Below the pieces are notes generated by a model. The model did no database searches, was not told the DNA's origin, and was given only the letters and a program-made list of their open reading frames with translations. Of a stretch of DNA of 64,000 bases, positions 1 to 15,432 are shown in pieces. The DNA is taken from NCBI RefSeq assembly GCF_009914755.1, contig NC_060933.1; one strand, written 5' to 3'. Origin of the DNA: the human T2T-CHM13v2.0 reference genome, Homo sapiens. Made by a program: the position numbers and the translations under genes. The stretch's first letter is position 1; every line of letters begins with the position of its first letter.

Positions 1-2682
1 GGCTGTGTATTCTTATTTTCTTACTGTACACTTGCGGGTTCTGTGGCATCTATAGCTTCTAATTCTGAAACATGAGTAAATCAGATTAAAAAGTATACCA
101 TTCATTTTAAAATACAGTGTTCCCACTAGCAAATGGGATGGGCATTTCTGCTTAGATTACTATGATTCCAAGAAGCCAATACCAGATGATGACTGTTTAG
201 TAAAATAAACAACCAATGTTGTAATAATAAAATAGGGTTAAAAATAAAAACAGCAAAAACTCCCTACTGAATCAGTAGAAAATATATTCTCATTATTTAA
301 AAAATACCTACTAAATAACACATATGCATGTCCAGAGGAGTAAAAACACAAGATGAAGGGGAAAAAAAGAACTGAAAGTAATCATGGGTAATCTGAGACT
401 CCAGGCCTGCCAGCAGTGAATATTGGTGATAGGCATTAACAAACTATGTGGGGATGTCTGAGGCCCAGCTAAACCCAGACCATGTACTTCATTAGGTCTT
501 GAATTTACCTGGAATCTTGTACTGCAAATGAGGATTTCCAAACTGTTTTGTTCTTGATTATTTCCAGTCCAAGTAAAATGGACAACAAAGAAAAGATGCT
601 TCCATACTGTTTCCATGATGGATGTTCACAACCAAAATAACTTCACCATCTGATGTATTTCACAGTTTTAAGTTAAAACAGACATACTATAATATGCTTG
701 TACATCTGGCTCAGGTGCTTCATTTGCCATATGTTTGTGAAATAATCCAAGGAGATGTTACAATTGTACGTTCCCCTTGGGACTTGAAGAAAATGTGCCC
801 ACAAACAGTTACCTAATTATTCATTCCTGCCAACAACATCCTCTCCTAATAAGAAGGTGGTTCTTAAAATGAGACAATAGTGCTTTCAGTCTTGAGAGTT
901 GTCATTGCCACTTATTGTTTCATAAACAGAAAGTCTTATGTATTTTTTAAAATAAGAAAAAGATCTTTGGCCTTAAAGCAAATAAAATACTCTGCAGGCA
1001 GTATATTTGGTATTCTTATGGGGGCACATTCTGCAGCACTGATCAAGGCCTATTTTTTCCTGAAACTCATTGAATTAAAGCCCATGAAGCCACATAGAAA
1101 TTAGTGACCTAAAAGTTGATAGTCTCTAAGAAATGGCTGCTGTGGCAATACTACACATTTATGGAGAACTTTGTAATCGGCAAATTGCTTTCATATATGT
1201 TACCACATTTAATTCTTATAACAATTTTGTGAAGCAGGTAAAAAAAAGGAATCCCTTGTTTAATCGTGCCATTTGTAGTACTGATTCTTCACAGCACTAA
1301 TAAGCAAAAATATGAACATCTTTTTTAAAAAAATTGTAAATTGTAAATTACTTTGGTCTTGACCAATAAATACCAGTTGCCATAGCACACATTTCTCTAA
1401 GAGTCATTGACAATCTGCCTTTTTCCCTCTTTTCCTGTTATTTGCATCCTTCTAAACTATGACTTCTTCTGATTCTGTTTTAATTAAAAATTTGATTTTC
1501 TTTTAAGGATTAAAAAGTAGAGGGATAATTAGTTTATTGGTTAAAATACAAGCTAACCATCAAAATTCAAATTTTAATGAGGCCCTAAGCCAGGATAGAA
1601 GTCAAATGCATAAAGCATCTTCTAGGCCTAGCTTCATCCATTATTAAATCAATTTGAAAAACTGTGGCAATGATGAAGTTATCAGCTAATAAACCTCCAA
1701 TAGTGTGTTAATTGTATACTGACTGAAGTAACAAATTACTTGGGGGTTGAATTTTCACAGGGACTGAAACAAAAGACCTTAAATAGGCAGATTAAGTTAG
1801 AGGTTCTTTTCCCCCTGAAAAACAAACCTCAGTGTCAAACAGGAAACAAAGGATGAGAGACAGAGGGTAAGAGATTTGCCTCAGGTTACCCAGCTTGCAA
1901 ATGGGAGTCCATGCCAAATCATCTCCCTCCACAGCACTGGGTAACAACAGCAACTATTAAATTCAAATGATCTCTTAGCTTTTCTAGTAAATCCTAACAT
2001 TTTTTCATTACTCAATGTATAATACTTCCAATTTGTATTTAGTATTGCCATTGAGAGGGAGAAAGACTTACTATGAGGAAATAATTAATTTTGGTCTCTT
2101 GTTGGGGTGAGAGAAATTAAAGAGAAAGTTCAGAGAACAAGTGTAAAAAACATCTCTCTAAAAAAGAAAATGCCACCGGTCTTCCCCGACCCTACACACA
2201 GGCCAGTGGTGACAGCTATAATCGTGGAAAGGGGCTTGTGTCTCTTCAGCCTCAGCATTTGATGGACTCAGATGAACGTCTGAAAAATCTGTGGGAGCTG
2301 AGGGGTCTATTGTTAGAAATACTGAAACTGGTCTCCCTTGAAGAAGAGCGCCTCAGCAGAGTATTACACGGACCTCACCTAATCTCTTTCCCAACGTATA
2401 CTGCAGCTAATTCATGGGGATTGTTGGAGTCTGTTGGTCAAAAACATTAAGCAGAATCACCACCATAATACAGAGCTCTTAAAAGTGTGTGCATGTTTCG
2501 GTGGTGGAACACATTCTTACTGTGGCATAAACTGTAGTCAGGATACATCCCTAAGTGCGTCTCAAAAGTTATATATGTAATCAAGTAGGCATTCTGATTT
2601 TAATTTTGGCAGGGCATGCTTTGAGATTCCCCAGGCAATTTTTTTTTACTAGTCATTGCATTGCAATTATGTACATAAAAAT

Positions 2683-2687
2683 ACACA

Positions 2688-2727
<40 letters not shown>
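2683..2727. repeat. (CA)n microsatellite, imperfect
   Basis: acacacgcacatacacacac...acataca read directly. Confidence 0.95.
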
Positions 2728-3311
2728 TTTTCTTCATTCACTAAAACTATACTACATGCCATGGATACAAAGTTAAGAAGGCAAGGACTTGCTCTCAAGT
2801 CATTTAAACAACCGGAGAATCAGACTTGCAAACATGAAAATACGAGAGTTGGATGATCCCCAAAGTTGAATGGCAGATTAGGATAACATGTCTAAATCCG
2901 TCCTGGAAATCTCCCCAGAGGAAGAAGAAACATGAATAGGTGTTTTCCAGGTAGACAAAAAGTTTTAAATTGTGTGCTGAGTTACAAGATGCTAAAGATC
3001 AATTGTAATCAAGGGAGTAACATCAAATTTTTCTTCGAGTTCCAGGGCCACAGTGAAAGGAGAATTGGAGAAGAAAATTCTTGGAGGCCAGGCAAATGTC
3101 ATGCATTGTATTGCAGTAGTTAAGGAAGTTCACGGACTTCATCAGGTGACCTCATAGCCCATAAAATAAAGGAGAGATGCAAGAAGAATAAATAGGATAT
3201 ATTGTTTAGAAGGTGAGAAAGGAATCAAAGGCTCCCAAACGTTTGGCTTGGGAAACGGGGTAGAGAGTCGAAACCTTCACTAATATAAAGAGTATAAATA
3301 TAATGTAAAGA

Positions 3312-3470
3312 GGTGGCACATACCTGTAGTCCTAGCTACTCAGGAGGCTGAGGCAGGAGAATCTCTTGAACCTGAGAGGCAGAGGTTACAGTGAGCTGAG
3401 ATCATGCCACTGTACTCCAGTCTGGGCAACAGAGCAAGACTCTGTCTCAAAAAAATAAATAATAAATAAA
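3312..3470 (+). mobile_element. 5'-truncated Alu (right arm only) with 17-bp TSD
   Basis: Alu right-arm sequence plus A-rich tail; TAAATATAATGTAAAGA at 3295-3311 and 3471-3487. Confidence 0.9.
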
Positions 3471-3489
3471 TAAATATAATGTAAAGACC

Positions 3490-3650
3490 ACAGAAAGAAG
3501 AATAGGTTTTGTAGAGTAACTGGGAATAGACAACTAAGCGGAGATTAACGAGTTCAATTCTGGACATACTGAGTTTGCAAAGCCTGTAGGATATCGAAAT
3601 GGAACTATTCAGAAAACAGTTGGTGTGGAAGGGACTAGAGCTTAGGAAAG
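3490..3650 (-). mobile_element. L2 fragment (continues at ~5965-6300 on the far side of the L1)
   Basis: gagttcaattctggacatactgagtttg resembles L2 consensus; boundaries approximate. Confidence 0.5.
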
Positions 3651-3699
3651 AGATTTATTTATTTATTTTACTATACTCCGTTTTTTCTTCCCATTTTTT

Positions 3700-5962
<2,263 letters not shown>

Positions 5963-7072
5963 TTTAGGGTAGAGTTTTAGATGTTAAACTGTGGTAGGGA
6001 CAAGATCCCCCCAAAAGTGAATAAAGACGGACAGTAAGACACTGACATTTAAAAGGAGGGCAAACAAACAGAAACCAACCAAGGCACTGGATGAGGAGCA
6101 GCCAGTGAGGAAGGAGGTAAGCCAGGTGAAAGAGAAAATAGACAAAGCCAGAGCTCCAAGAATGGAAGAAGAGTCAGAATAATAACAACACTTATTCCAT
6201 TGGGTTAGAAGGTGAAGCAAGACTGTCTCTGCAGTGATACGGGTAGAGCCAGGTTAGAATGGATCAGAGTGAGTGGATGATGTGGAATCATAGATAGCAA
6301 ATTTAGGTTGCACTTTCTAAAAAAATTAGTTATCAAAGGAAGAGGCATGAGGGTGCTAAATAAATGGGTTACTAAAGGGGTTTCTTCCTTAATGAAAAGG
6401 ATGAACATATTCTTAGCTAATGGAGAATAACCAATGGGACACAGAAGTTAAGAAAAGAACACTGATAATGCAAATTTCCTAAGGAGACAAGGTAGAATAA
6501 TTTCCATCGCACCAGTGGATGGGCTGGTCTTTGATAGGAAAATTGTGTTTTGCTAGAAATGAGGACAAAGAAAAACTGGATGCAGACACAGGTGGGCTTA
6601 TGGGTGAATGGACAGGGAAATGAAAGAAGCTGCTCCTGATAGCTGAGAGTCCCTAAATTAGAAGCAGGGTCATCCCAAAAAAGAGAAGATTGAGAGTTTT
6701 GAAGAGTGGAGAAAGTTTAGAACAGCAGCTGAGGGAAATGGGAGAAGCACATGTAATAGGACTGCTGAGTGACATTGAAGGCACAACTGAGATTAGTTTC
6801 ACTCCAGATTTATGATCTCCATCCTATATGGTTATGATTTTTCTTTTTCCTTCAGCACAGCAGTGCTCAAGGAATGTTTACAGCTAAGGAGGCTCCATGG
6901 AGGATTGCCTGAAGGACATGAAGTCCATCCATCTCTCCAGATAGTTTAGATTATATCTCAAGATCAAGGTAAACCATCAAACTAAATACTTGAGCCATAT
7001 TGTTTTGGCCCCTTTTACTATTACTCACTTTTACTGAATTGCATTTTGGCATGGGGCCTTGGCTCACATTGA

Positions 7073-7487
<415 letters not shown>

Positions 7488-7574
7488 CAGAGCCATTTCT
7501 TTTAGACCCAAATGCCAGGAAACAATTGGTTTTGCGTGAGCAATGGCAATGTGTTTGCTTGTTTGTATGGTCTT

Positions 7575-7804
7575 GAAGCCAGAATGCATGGTTTCAAATT
7601 CAGCATCCATCATCTATTAGTTGGTTGATCTTGAGCCTGTTAACTTCTCTATGCTTCAGTTTCTTCATCTATAAATTAGCAAAAATAACAGTACCTGCTC
7701 CATATGGATGCAGTGAGAATTAAATGACACAATCAGTGTAAAACTGTTTAGCATTATGTCTGGAAAATCATAAGTCCTTAATACATATTAGTTATTATTA
7801 TTAT
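7575..7804 (+). mobile_element. MIR SINE
   Basis: Core cttctctatgcttcagtttcttcatctataaa...gtgagaattaaatga and (TTA)n tail. Confidence 0.75.
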
Positions 7805-8554
7805 CTTACAACTGATATTTTTTGTTTTATTTTTGTGTTTTGCCTTCATCTTCAGTGTGGTGTGCCTTTGCATGTATTAGTTTCCCTCTGGTTTCCACTT
7901 AATATTATTTTCCATTTGTTCTTTAACTACACTTCACTTATTTTTCATCTGATATTCACCTGGCATGGTTTGGGAATGAGGCTGAATATAACAAAGTAAA
8001 CAAAAGATCTTAAACCAGTCAATAACTATAAAGATTATTCTGTCTATTTTTGTCCTAGAAATAGTTTCAAAGATAGTAAAATGAACTTTCTTATACCACA
8101 TTTGTATATGGAAATGAAAGTTTCCTTGAAGTCCATTTCACTTGATATTGACATTTCTTACAATCACTCTTGATCAGGCCCCTACAGGGACTCGGCCCTG
8201 ACTCAGTATTTGCTCAAATACTTCTCACTGTGAATAAATAACATGTTACTTTAATTGGAGAGAGGGACAGATTATTGTAGCTTGAGAAGTAGCCAAATTT
8301 TGCAGGGGAATGAGGGCTGGATTTGAGGGTCAACGAACCTAGGTGTAGACACCAACTCTGCCACCAGCTCTTTGCCATTGGAACTCTCTGGCCTCAGTTC
8401 TTTTATCTGCTAAGTAGGGTTAACAATATTGATCTCACAGTGTGATTGTGAGAAATAAAGAAGAGGTTCTGCAAAAATAGTTGAATCTGCATCCAGTGCA
8501 GGCAGTAGCATTCAAGCAATCATTCACATTTGTACTTGAAAAATAAGGCCAAAT

Positions 8555-8945
<391 letters not shown>

Positions 8946-10639
8946 CTATTTGAAATATGGATAGCAGCCATTTAGGAATATTTAGTCAAAAGTCAATTTA
9001 AAAAAAGCTTTAATTCCCTTTTAAGAATATTCAGGAAATTTCATCTTGGTATCAGATTATCAGCTTGGCCTGCAATGTCACAGGAGAAACAAGCAAAATA
9101 TCCCAGATTGCATTCTCTGCTTTTAACTAAATAAATAATTGGAAAAACCCCTGATATACAAATAAGTCTGCTTTATTTCCTGGCAGACTTGTTTTGTTTT
9201 TCTTATTGTTATTGTTGCTGGTTTTGTTGCTGCATAAACCAGTAAGCACACGCAGATGAAAGGAAGCCTTTGTTTTGTTTTAACTGAAGGTACGTGGGCA
9301 TGGGATGGCTTATCCCAGGTGTTAACAGCAAAAGGGTTTAGGCCAATTCTTTAAGGAAATAGAAGCACTTACTTTCCTAAACCCCTCCCACCTTTCAGGA
9401 CCGAAGTTGAAAACCAGACAATGTTGTGTTGGTGGGCCACTCCCTGCCGCCCCACAGAACACCCAGAGAAATCAGTGCTGGATAGCAAAAAAAGAGCCCA
9501 GCTACAATGGTTGGTCTTCAAAGGGGTTCATTTATTATATTGCTCAGTGCCCCACAGAGTTGCTCCAAGCTCATAACTGCCACTGATTTCAAAGAGAGCT
9601 CTGAACTTGCATACGCTCCACAAGGCACGGCGCAGGATGAGAAATAGGCTGAGTGGCTTTAAGCCATGTTCAGACATTTTTTAATGTTCATAAATGTCTT
9701 TGGCACCATCACTTTCACATAGAAACCCACTTACCTCCTACCGCAAAGTGTGAAATAAAGCCACTTTCAAGCCTGGGTAGGGGATGGTCTGGAAATTGAG
9801 CTAAATCTTAAAACTGCATGAAGACTGAAAATAGGATTCACAAACTGGAGCTCAGCTCTCACCAAACCCTTTCCAAGGTCGGGTCACTGTGACACTCTGC
9901 TCTGTTAGATACCATCAGTGCTACCCTTGAAGGGTTAACACAGGGAACCGTGGTCATCTCAGTAGCTTCCAAATGACCCTGGGATGAAACTGAATGCCCT
10001 TAGCTCTAACACATCAAAAAATAGGTGGTCTACTGAAGGAGGGAAGCACTGTCTCAATTGAGGCTTGATTGGGATTCACCTGACACAGCCCTGGGAAATC
10101 TCGAGTTAGGGATTGGCATTTCTTACCACACTTCTCTGCCTTTGGAGATGCTGAAGGTTACCCAGGGTGTTTGTGGGAGATGAGGACCATCAGAGGTGCT
10201 CTCTCTCCCTGAATGCCTGCAGAAAGATTAGCCATCTTTCCCAGTTTTATTCCTGTGGTTGTCTGGTCACCAAGACAAGAGAAAAAGAGATCCCTTAGAT
10301 ACTCAGCAGTCGCTTTGTATACTCCAGGAAGCTCTCTGGTAAGTAAGTCTCCAGAGAGCCCCTTGCATGGCTCCATGAGCACCTTGCTTTTGGAAGAGGC
10401 ACAGAAAAAAAAATGTGTCCTATTCATGTTCACTGCTAAATAAACATTAATTAAGTCTTGGGCCATATATTATATTGATTCCCATCTTTACTGAAAACAG
10501 AAAGTTATTTATTTGAGAGAAAAGTAGTTAACTGATTTCCAGAATTCCAGGGATGCGCTCTGGAAAAACGAAACCACACAGTCCCTTCTCTAAAGGTCTT
10601 TAATAAAATGTTGCTAAAGCATTTATCTACTATAAATCC

Positions 10640-10930
10640 TATCTATTTATTCCTTTAACAGATATTTACTAAGCACCTGCTATGCGCAGATGCAATTCCA
10701 ATTGCTGGGATACAGTGGTGAACAGGGCAAAAAAAATTCCCTGCTCTCTGAGTTTGTGTCTGACTGGGGAAGACAGATGATTACAAAATAAGTAAGAAAA
10801 CTTCAGAGTTTCTGACAAGTGCTAGGGAGAACATGAGCAGGAGTGAGGGCTCATGTCAGGACAGGGTGAAAGAGGGTGCAATTTGAGACTGGGTGATGTG
10901 GTGAGGTATCATTTGAATAAAGGATCCTGA
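10640..10930 (-). mobile_element. L2 3'-end fragment
   Basis: ttattcctttaacagatatttactaagcacctgctatg...ctgggatacagtggtgaaca, typical of the L2 tail; boundaries approximate. Confidence 0.65.
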
Positions 10931-11312
10931 GGGGAATTTATCTTTAAATGCTTGTCTTTTTTCGGTTAGTGTAAATATTAGTAGAAAGTGACTGAGGATT
11001 ACCTCTGAAGTCTTTTTGAAACTTAGAAGGTAAAGCCAGCTTGCCAAAAATGATGAGAAGACAATGTAGCCCTGCTCTTGGATCCTGGTACCACTTGCCT
11101 GTGCAGTGGCACAATCATGAAGTTGAGTTCCATGGAAAAAGGAAGGGTACTTGGTATCATGTTGTGCACACAGTGAGTGCTCAGTAACTGCTGTTCACTC
11201 GTAGATAAGGTCCGTGGTCTTGGATTCAGATCTAAAAGTAATGTTTTTGACAAAAATACTTTCTCCATATTTTTGTATCTCTTCCAGGGGTCTTTGAGTA
11301 GATATAGCATAC

Positions 11313-11663
11313 CAGCAGTCCCCAACCCGTTTGGCACCAGGGACCAACGAGTTTTGTGGAAGACAGTTTTTCCATGGACCGGGATGGCAGGGTGGGGATG
11401 GTTTCGGGATGAAACTGTTCCACCTCAGATCATCCAGCATTGGTTAGATTCTCATAAGGAGTGAACAACCTAGATCCCTCACATGTGCAGTTCACAATAG
11501 GGTTTGCACTCCTATGGGAATCTAATGCCGCTGCTGATCCTACAGGAAGTGGTGCTCAGGTGGTAATGCTTGCTCACCTGCAGCTCCCCTCCTGATGTGC
11601 AGCCTGGTTCCTAACAGGCCACCGACCAGTACTGGTTCGTGACCTGGGGACTGGGGACCCCTG
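11313..11663. mobile_element. MER1B-like hAT-Charlie DNA transposon (MITE)
   Basis: Terminal inverted repeats CAGCAGTCCCCAACC ... GACTGGGGACCCCTG; internal gatgaaactgttccacctcagatcatc and ttagattctcataaggag. Confidence 0.85.
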
Positions 11664-12010
11664 ATAGAGACAGATGAGACATCACAGATAGTTTCTGGAA
11701 TTTATCAAGCCATATCTATCCACAATACCATCCCTAAATTCCCCCATCATCGATGTAAATATCTTTAATCTGTCTTTATTTATGACTGTCCTCAAATATT
11801 CAATGTAATATGTTAATGGGCTGTCTTCATTTCTTCTATCACATTCCCTTTTCTCTAAGAGGAGACATCCATCTGTACCATTAAACACTGTGCATTTTTA
11901 TCCTCTCACCCTTCCTTCCTCCTTCCCTTTATCCCGCCTTTTCTTCTTTCCAATATCTATGTTGTACAAAGCATGGTATATTCCATAGGCCCCATCTTAA
12001 CTGCACTAAA

Positions 12011-12270
12011 AAATTAATTATTGAACAGGTACTGCTAGAAGCACTGAAAAGAAGAGCATGGAAAGTGACTCAAGGTGAAGGGAGGATATATCATTTCCTT
12101 CTGTCTTTTGTCACCATTGTTGAGATGGCAGCTACTACCCATCATATTTGCTAAAGGGGAATAGTGATTACCAAACTCCTCCTGGTTTTAAGGGTGAAGT
12201 TAAAGTAACTGGGATAAAATAAAATAAATTAATTATTGAACAGGTACTGCTAGAAGCACTGAAAAGAAGA
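12011..12270 (+). repeat. 45-bp perfect direct repeat (12011-12055 and 12226-12270) flanking a ~170-bp copy of 13373-13541
   Basis: AAATTAATTATTGAACAGGTACTGCTAGAAGCACTGAAAAGAAGA occurs twice; the intervening segment aligns to 13373-13541 with ~6 differences. Confidence 0.95.
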
Positions 12271-12365
12271 ATGAAAGGATGTGAAAGTCAGTAGTGTTAC
12301 ATATGAGAGAAAATACATATTAGAGAAAATATGTAACTCTACTGACTTTCACATCCTTTCATTCT
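12268..12365. repeat. Inverted repeat: 37-bp arms, 1 mismatch, 24-nt spacer
   Basis: 12268-12304 is the reverse complement of 12329-12365 except at 12295. Confidence 0.95.
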
Positions 12366-12481
12366 AAGTCGAATACCGTATGTGAATACTGCTATTAATG
12401 GCATTCCCTTCTATCTGTTGTACCCAAGAATCTACAGGTCCTTTTTACATGTATAATATCTCATATAATCCTCTAAATCTT

Positions 12482-12635
12482 TGTTTCTCAAATGTGGTCC
12501 TCAAACCAGCAGCACTAGCATTTCCTGGGAGTTATTGGAAATGCAGAATCTCAGGCTCCGCTGCAAGCCTCCTGAACCAGATTGCATTACAACAAGGTCT
12601 TCAGGTGCTTTGTGCACACATAGAAGTTTGATAAT
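12482..12635. mobile_element. MER5A-like hAT-Charlie element
   Basis: tttctcaaatgtggtcc..accagcagcactagcat..ctgggag..aaatgcagaatctcaggc...aagtttga. Confidence 0.75.
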
Positions 12636-15119
12636 CTCGGCTTCCAGTCAACCTGAAAGGCAATTAAAAATTCCCTTTCACGTTTTACAGATTAAACACA
12701 CACACAAAAAAAACTCAGTTTCAGAGATGTTTAATTAGCAAGTAGGTAACAGGACGTGGAGTCAAAGGCCAATATTCTTTCCACCACCCTATGCCCCCTC
12801 TTTGGATGCTACTAGAAAAAAACTACCGCATACCTCCTTTGGGGTCTGACGTCACTGAGGCCAGTATTTCGTAAGTAGCATTTACACAATAATTATAGCC
12901 TGATATTGTCCCCTGGTGGTAAGTAGGCCGATGCTAATCTCTTGCTGGATCATACATTCCTTATATAGGCTATTCTTGTCACCTGTTGCCTAAAAGGCCT
13001 CAGGTTAATTACATGAAACAAGTTTCATATTTAGAATGTTATCCAGTTTTCTGTAATTACTTACCAAAGAACATTTCACTGGTTAACAGTTTTTGAGGTT
13101 TCCATTGCAAATTTTCTTTCCTAAGCAGACTTTTAAGTGATCTATCTGACCACCTTAAAATGAAAGGGAAAGGCAACTAACGTGTCACACGCATTTCCTT
13201 GTGTACCAAGCTTGGTGCTTTGTATGTGTTGTCTCTTGATCTTTACAGAGACTTATCCATTTTACAGATGTGGAAGTCGAGATTCAAAGATGACACAGGT
13301 AGCAATGCTGGCCATGAAGCTAAAGTGTCATACCGTGCTGGCCTCTTCCTAAAAGTGAGTCTTGCCTGAATTAGCATGGAAAGTGACTCAAGGTGAAGGG
13401 AGGATATATCGTTTCCTTCTGTCTTTTGTCACCATTGTTGAGATGGCAGCTACTACCCATCATATTTGCTAAAGGGGAAAAGTGACTACCAAACTCCTCC
13501 TGGTTTTAAAGGTGAAGTTAAGTAACTGGGATAAAGTAAAAACAGAGAGGAACCAACTAGAAGGATACAAACTGAGTATGCAGAATCACCCAAAAAGGAT
13601 TAATCAGCAGAGGAATGTTGCTGGCTAATATACTTTGAGAATTCCATATCAACACCATATACATTGGCTAAAATCCAGACATATAATCTAAGCAAGGCCC
13701 TCTAAACTGGTGAGTTTTAAATTCCTTATGTTTAACAGAGAAGCAGCAGGAGGCCGCCTTATTCTTTAAGAAAGAGGAGGAATGAATAGATTCCTCAAGC
13801 TGATAGAGCTGAGAAAGGCATCTCCTAGGCTCTTGCATCACTTATGTTAATATGCAGGTCCTCAGAACTGCAGCTTTCTCATGAACATTGTACTGGAAAG
13901 TTCTCCTGTTACTCTCTGGGAATCTGCAGACAGTTCATGTGGAAGTCTCTCTCCCAGTCTGAAAGAATTAAATAGAATATTATAATTACTCAGAGTTTAA
14001 TATATGCTACAACTGTTTTTGCCGGCTTGGCGTTTAAAGATGCAAATGTTCCAATCGCTTCTAGAAACATGACATTATAAAAGGGACTACCGTAATTAGG
14101 AATAAAAACTGTTCAGTCCTCATTAACCAGAAAAGCAGTTTCTAAACCCAGGGAGGCTCTACTTTTATTCCAAGAAAAGTCAGGAAGATGGCGCCGCAAG
14201 AGCCTAATAATGATTTTGGGTCAACTTGTGCTCACTGCAGTTGACTAGGATCCATGTGAAATGATTTTTAAAAGACAATGAACAACAAATACTTCTAACA
14301 GAAGAAAACTAATCAGAGAAAAGCCTGAAGAATAATCTTAAGCACACTCTTCTTTAAAGTTTCACTATTATTTTATTCTTGATTGCCCAAATTCATTCAG
14401 CCTTAATGCATTGTTAAAGAGCCTGTCCTATTAGCCAAGGATGTTATGGTAACTGGTTGTAAGGCTACTGTTCTCCTCGTTACAACATCTGACTAGAAAA
14501 GTGCTTTCTTAATTGAGGCTGAGAGTGATAATTCCCTGGTGACTCAAAATAGTTAAGGAGTGTGTATAAAACTGAGCACAGGCTAGTCTCGAAGATGATG
14601 GCAGCCTTTACTTTGGTTCTTTAATCTCCGCATCCATTTCTGTCCTGCCAGAACTGTCTACACTGAGGCCTCACTGTGGCATTAGTCACGGTAAGAGCCA
14701 AATGTGTTCTTAGCCTGTGCCTTTTTAATACCTGTCGAAGGGAATTTGGTCACTGAAATCACAAGTGAGCCATGTTATAAGGTGTTTAACTGTGAGGCAG
14801 TCTCCCACACAGGAGGAAGGCAAGAACATTTGGAAGGAATGTGATTTATTTATGTTTTCTGCACAGGTACTTGTGACGTGTCTGCTTCTGAGAAAAGCAA
14901 CGTCCGTAGATTGCAGATAGATAGCACATTATCTAGCCCTCATTCTTTCTTTTAGCTGAAGTTCTTATCACCTATGTTTCAAAACCTAATTAAGCGATGG
15001 TTCATTCATAACTAAAGGATGCTGGACAGGAACTAGGCTCCAGTCTCTTCTTTGTCAATAACGAGCGCTGTGGCTCTCAGCAAACTAGCTCTCCAGTGGG
15101 ACTCTGTTGCTTTGTCTTG

Positions 15120-15350
15120 TAATAATAACAGTTCTATTTATTAAAGTTTTTCTCTGCAGTAGGGGCTTTAATAAGCACTTTAACTAGATTATTTCATTTA
15201 AACCTCATAATAACCCAATGGGTAGGTTCTATTTTAGCCTCCGTTCGGCAGATGAGGGAGTTGAGGCATAGAAAGCTGAAGAGTTTGTCCAAAGTGACAC
15301 GACTTGGACATGAAAGAGCCAGGATTTGGTTACGTTTCTGCTGAACCTAC
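15120..15350 (-). mobile_element. MIR SINE
   Basis: atttcatttaaacctcataataaccc...cagatgagggagttgaggcatagaaag..aagagtttgtccaaagtgacac. Confidence 0.7.
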
Positions 15351-15388
15351 AGACTGCATGTTTATCTTATTGCCAGAATACTCCACCC

Positions 15389-15432
15389 AAGAATTTGTGG
15401 GGCAGGGAGATTTTCCTGCCCCACAAATTCTT
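15389..15432. repeat. Perfect 18-bp inverted repeat with 8-nt spacer
   Basis: AAGAATTTGTGGGGCAGG-gagatttt-CCTGCCCCACAAATTCTT. Confidence 0.95.

Noticed and set aside
12011-12270. Repeat-spacer-repeat pattern as a CRISPR-like or LTR element
   Set aside because: Only two repeats, a eukaryotic context, no cas genes and no TG..CA termini; the spacer is a local genomic copy.
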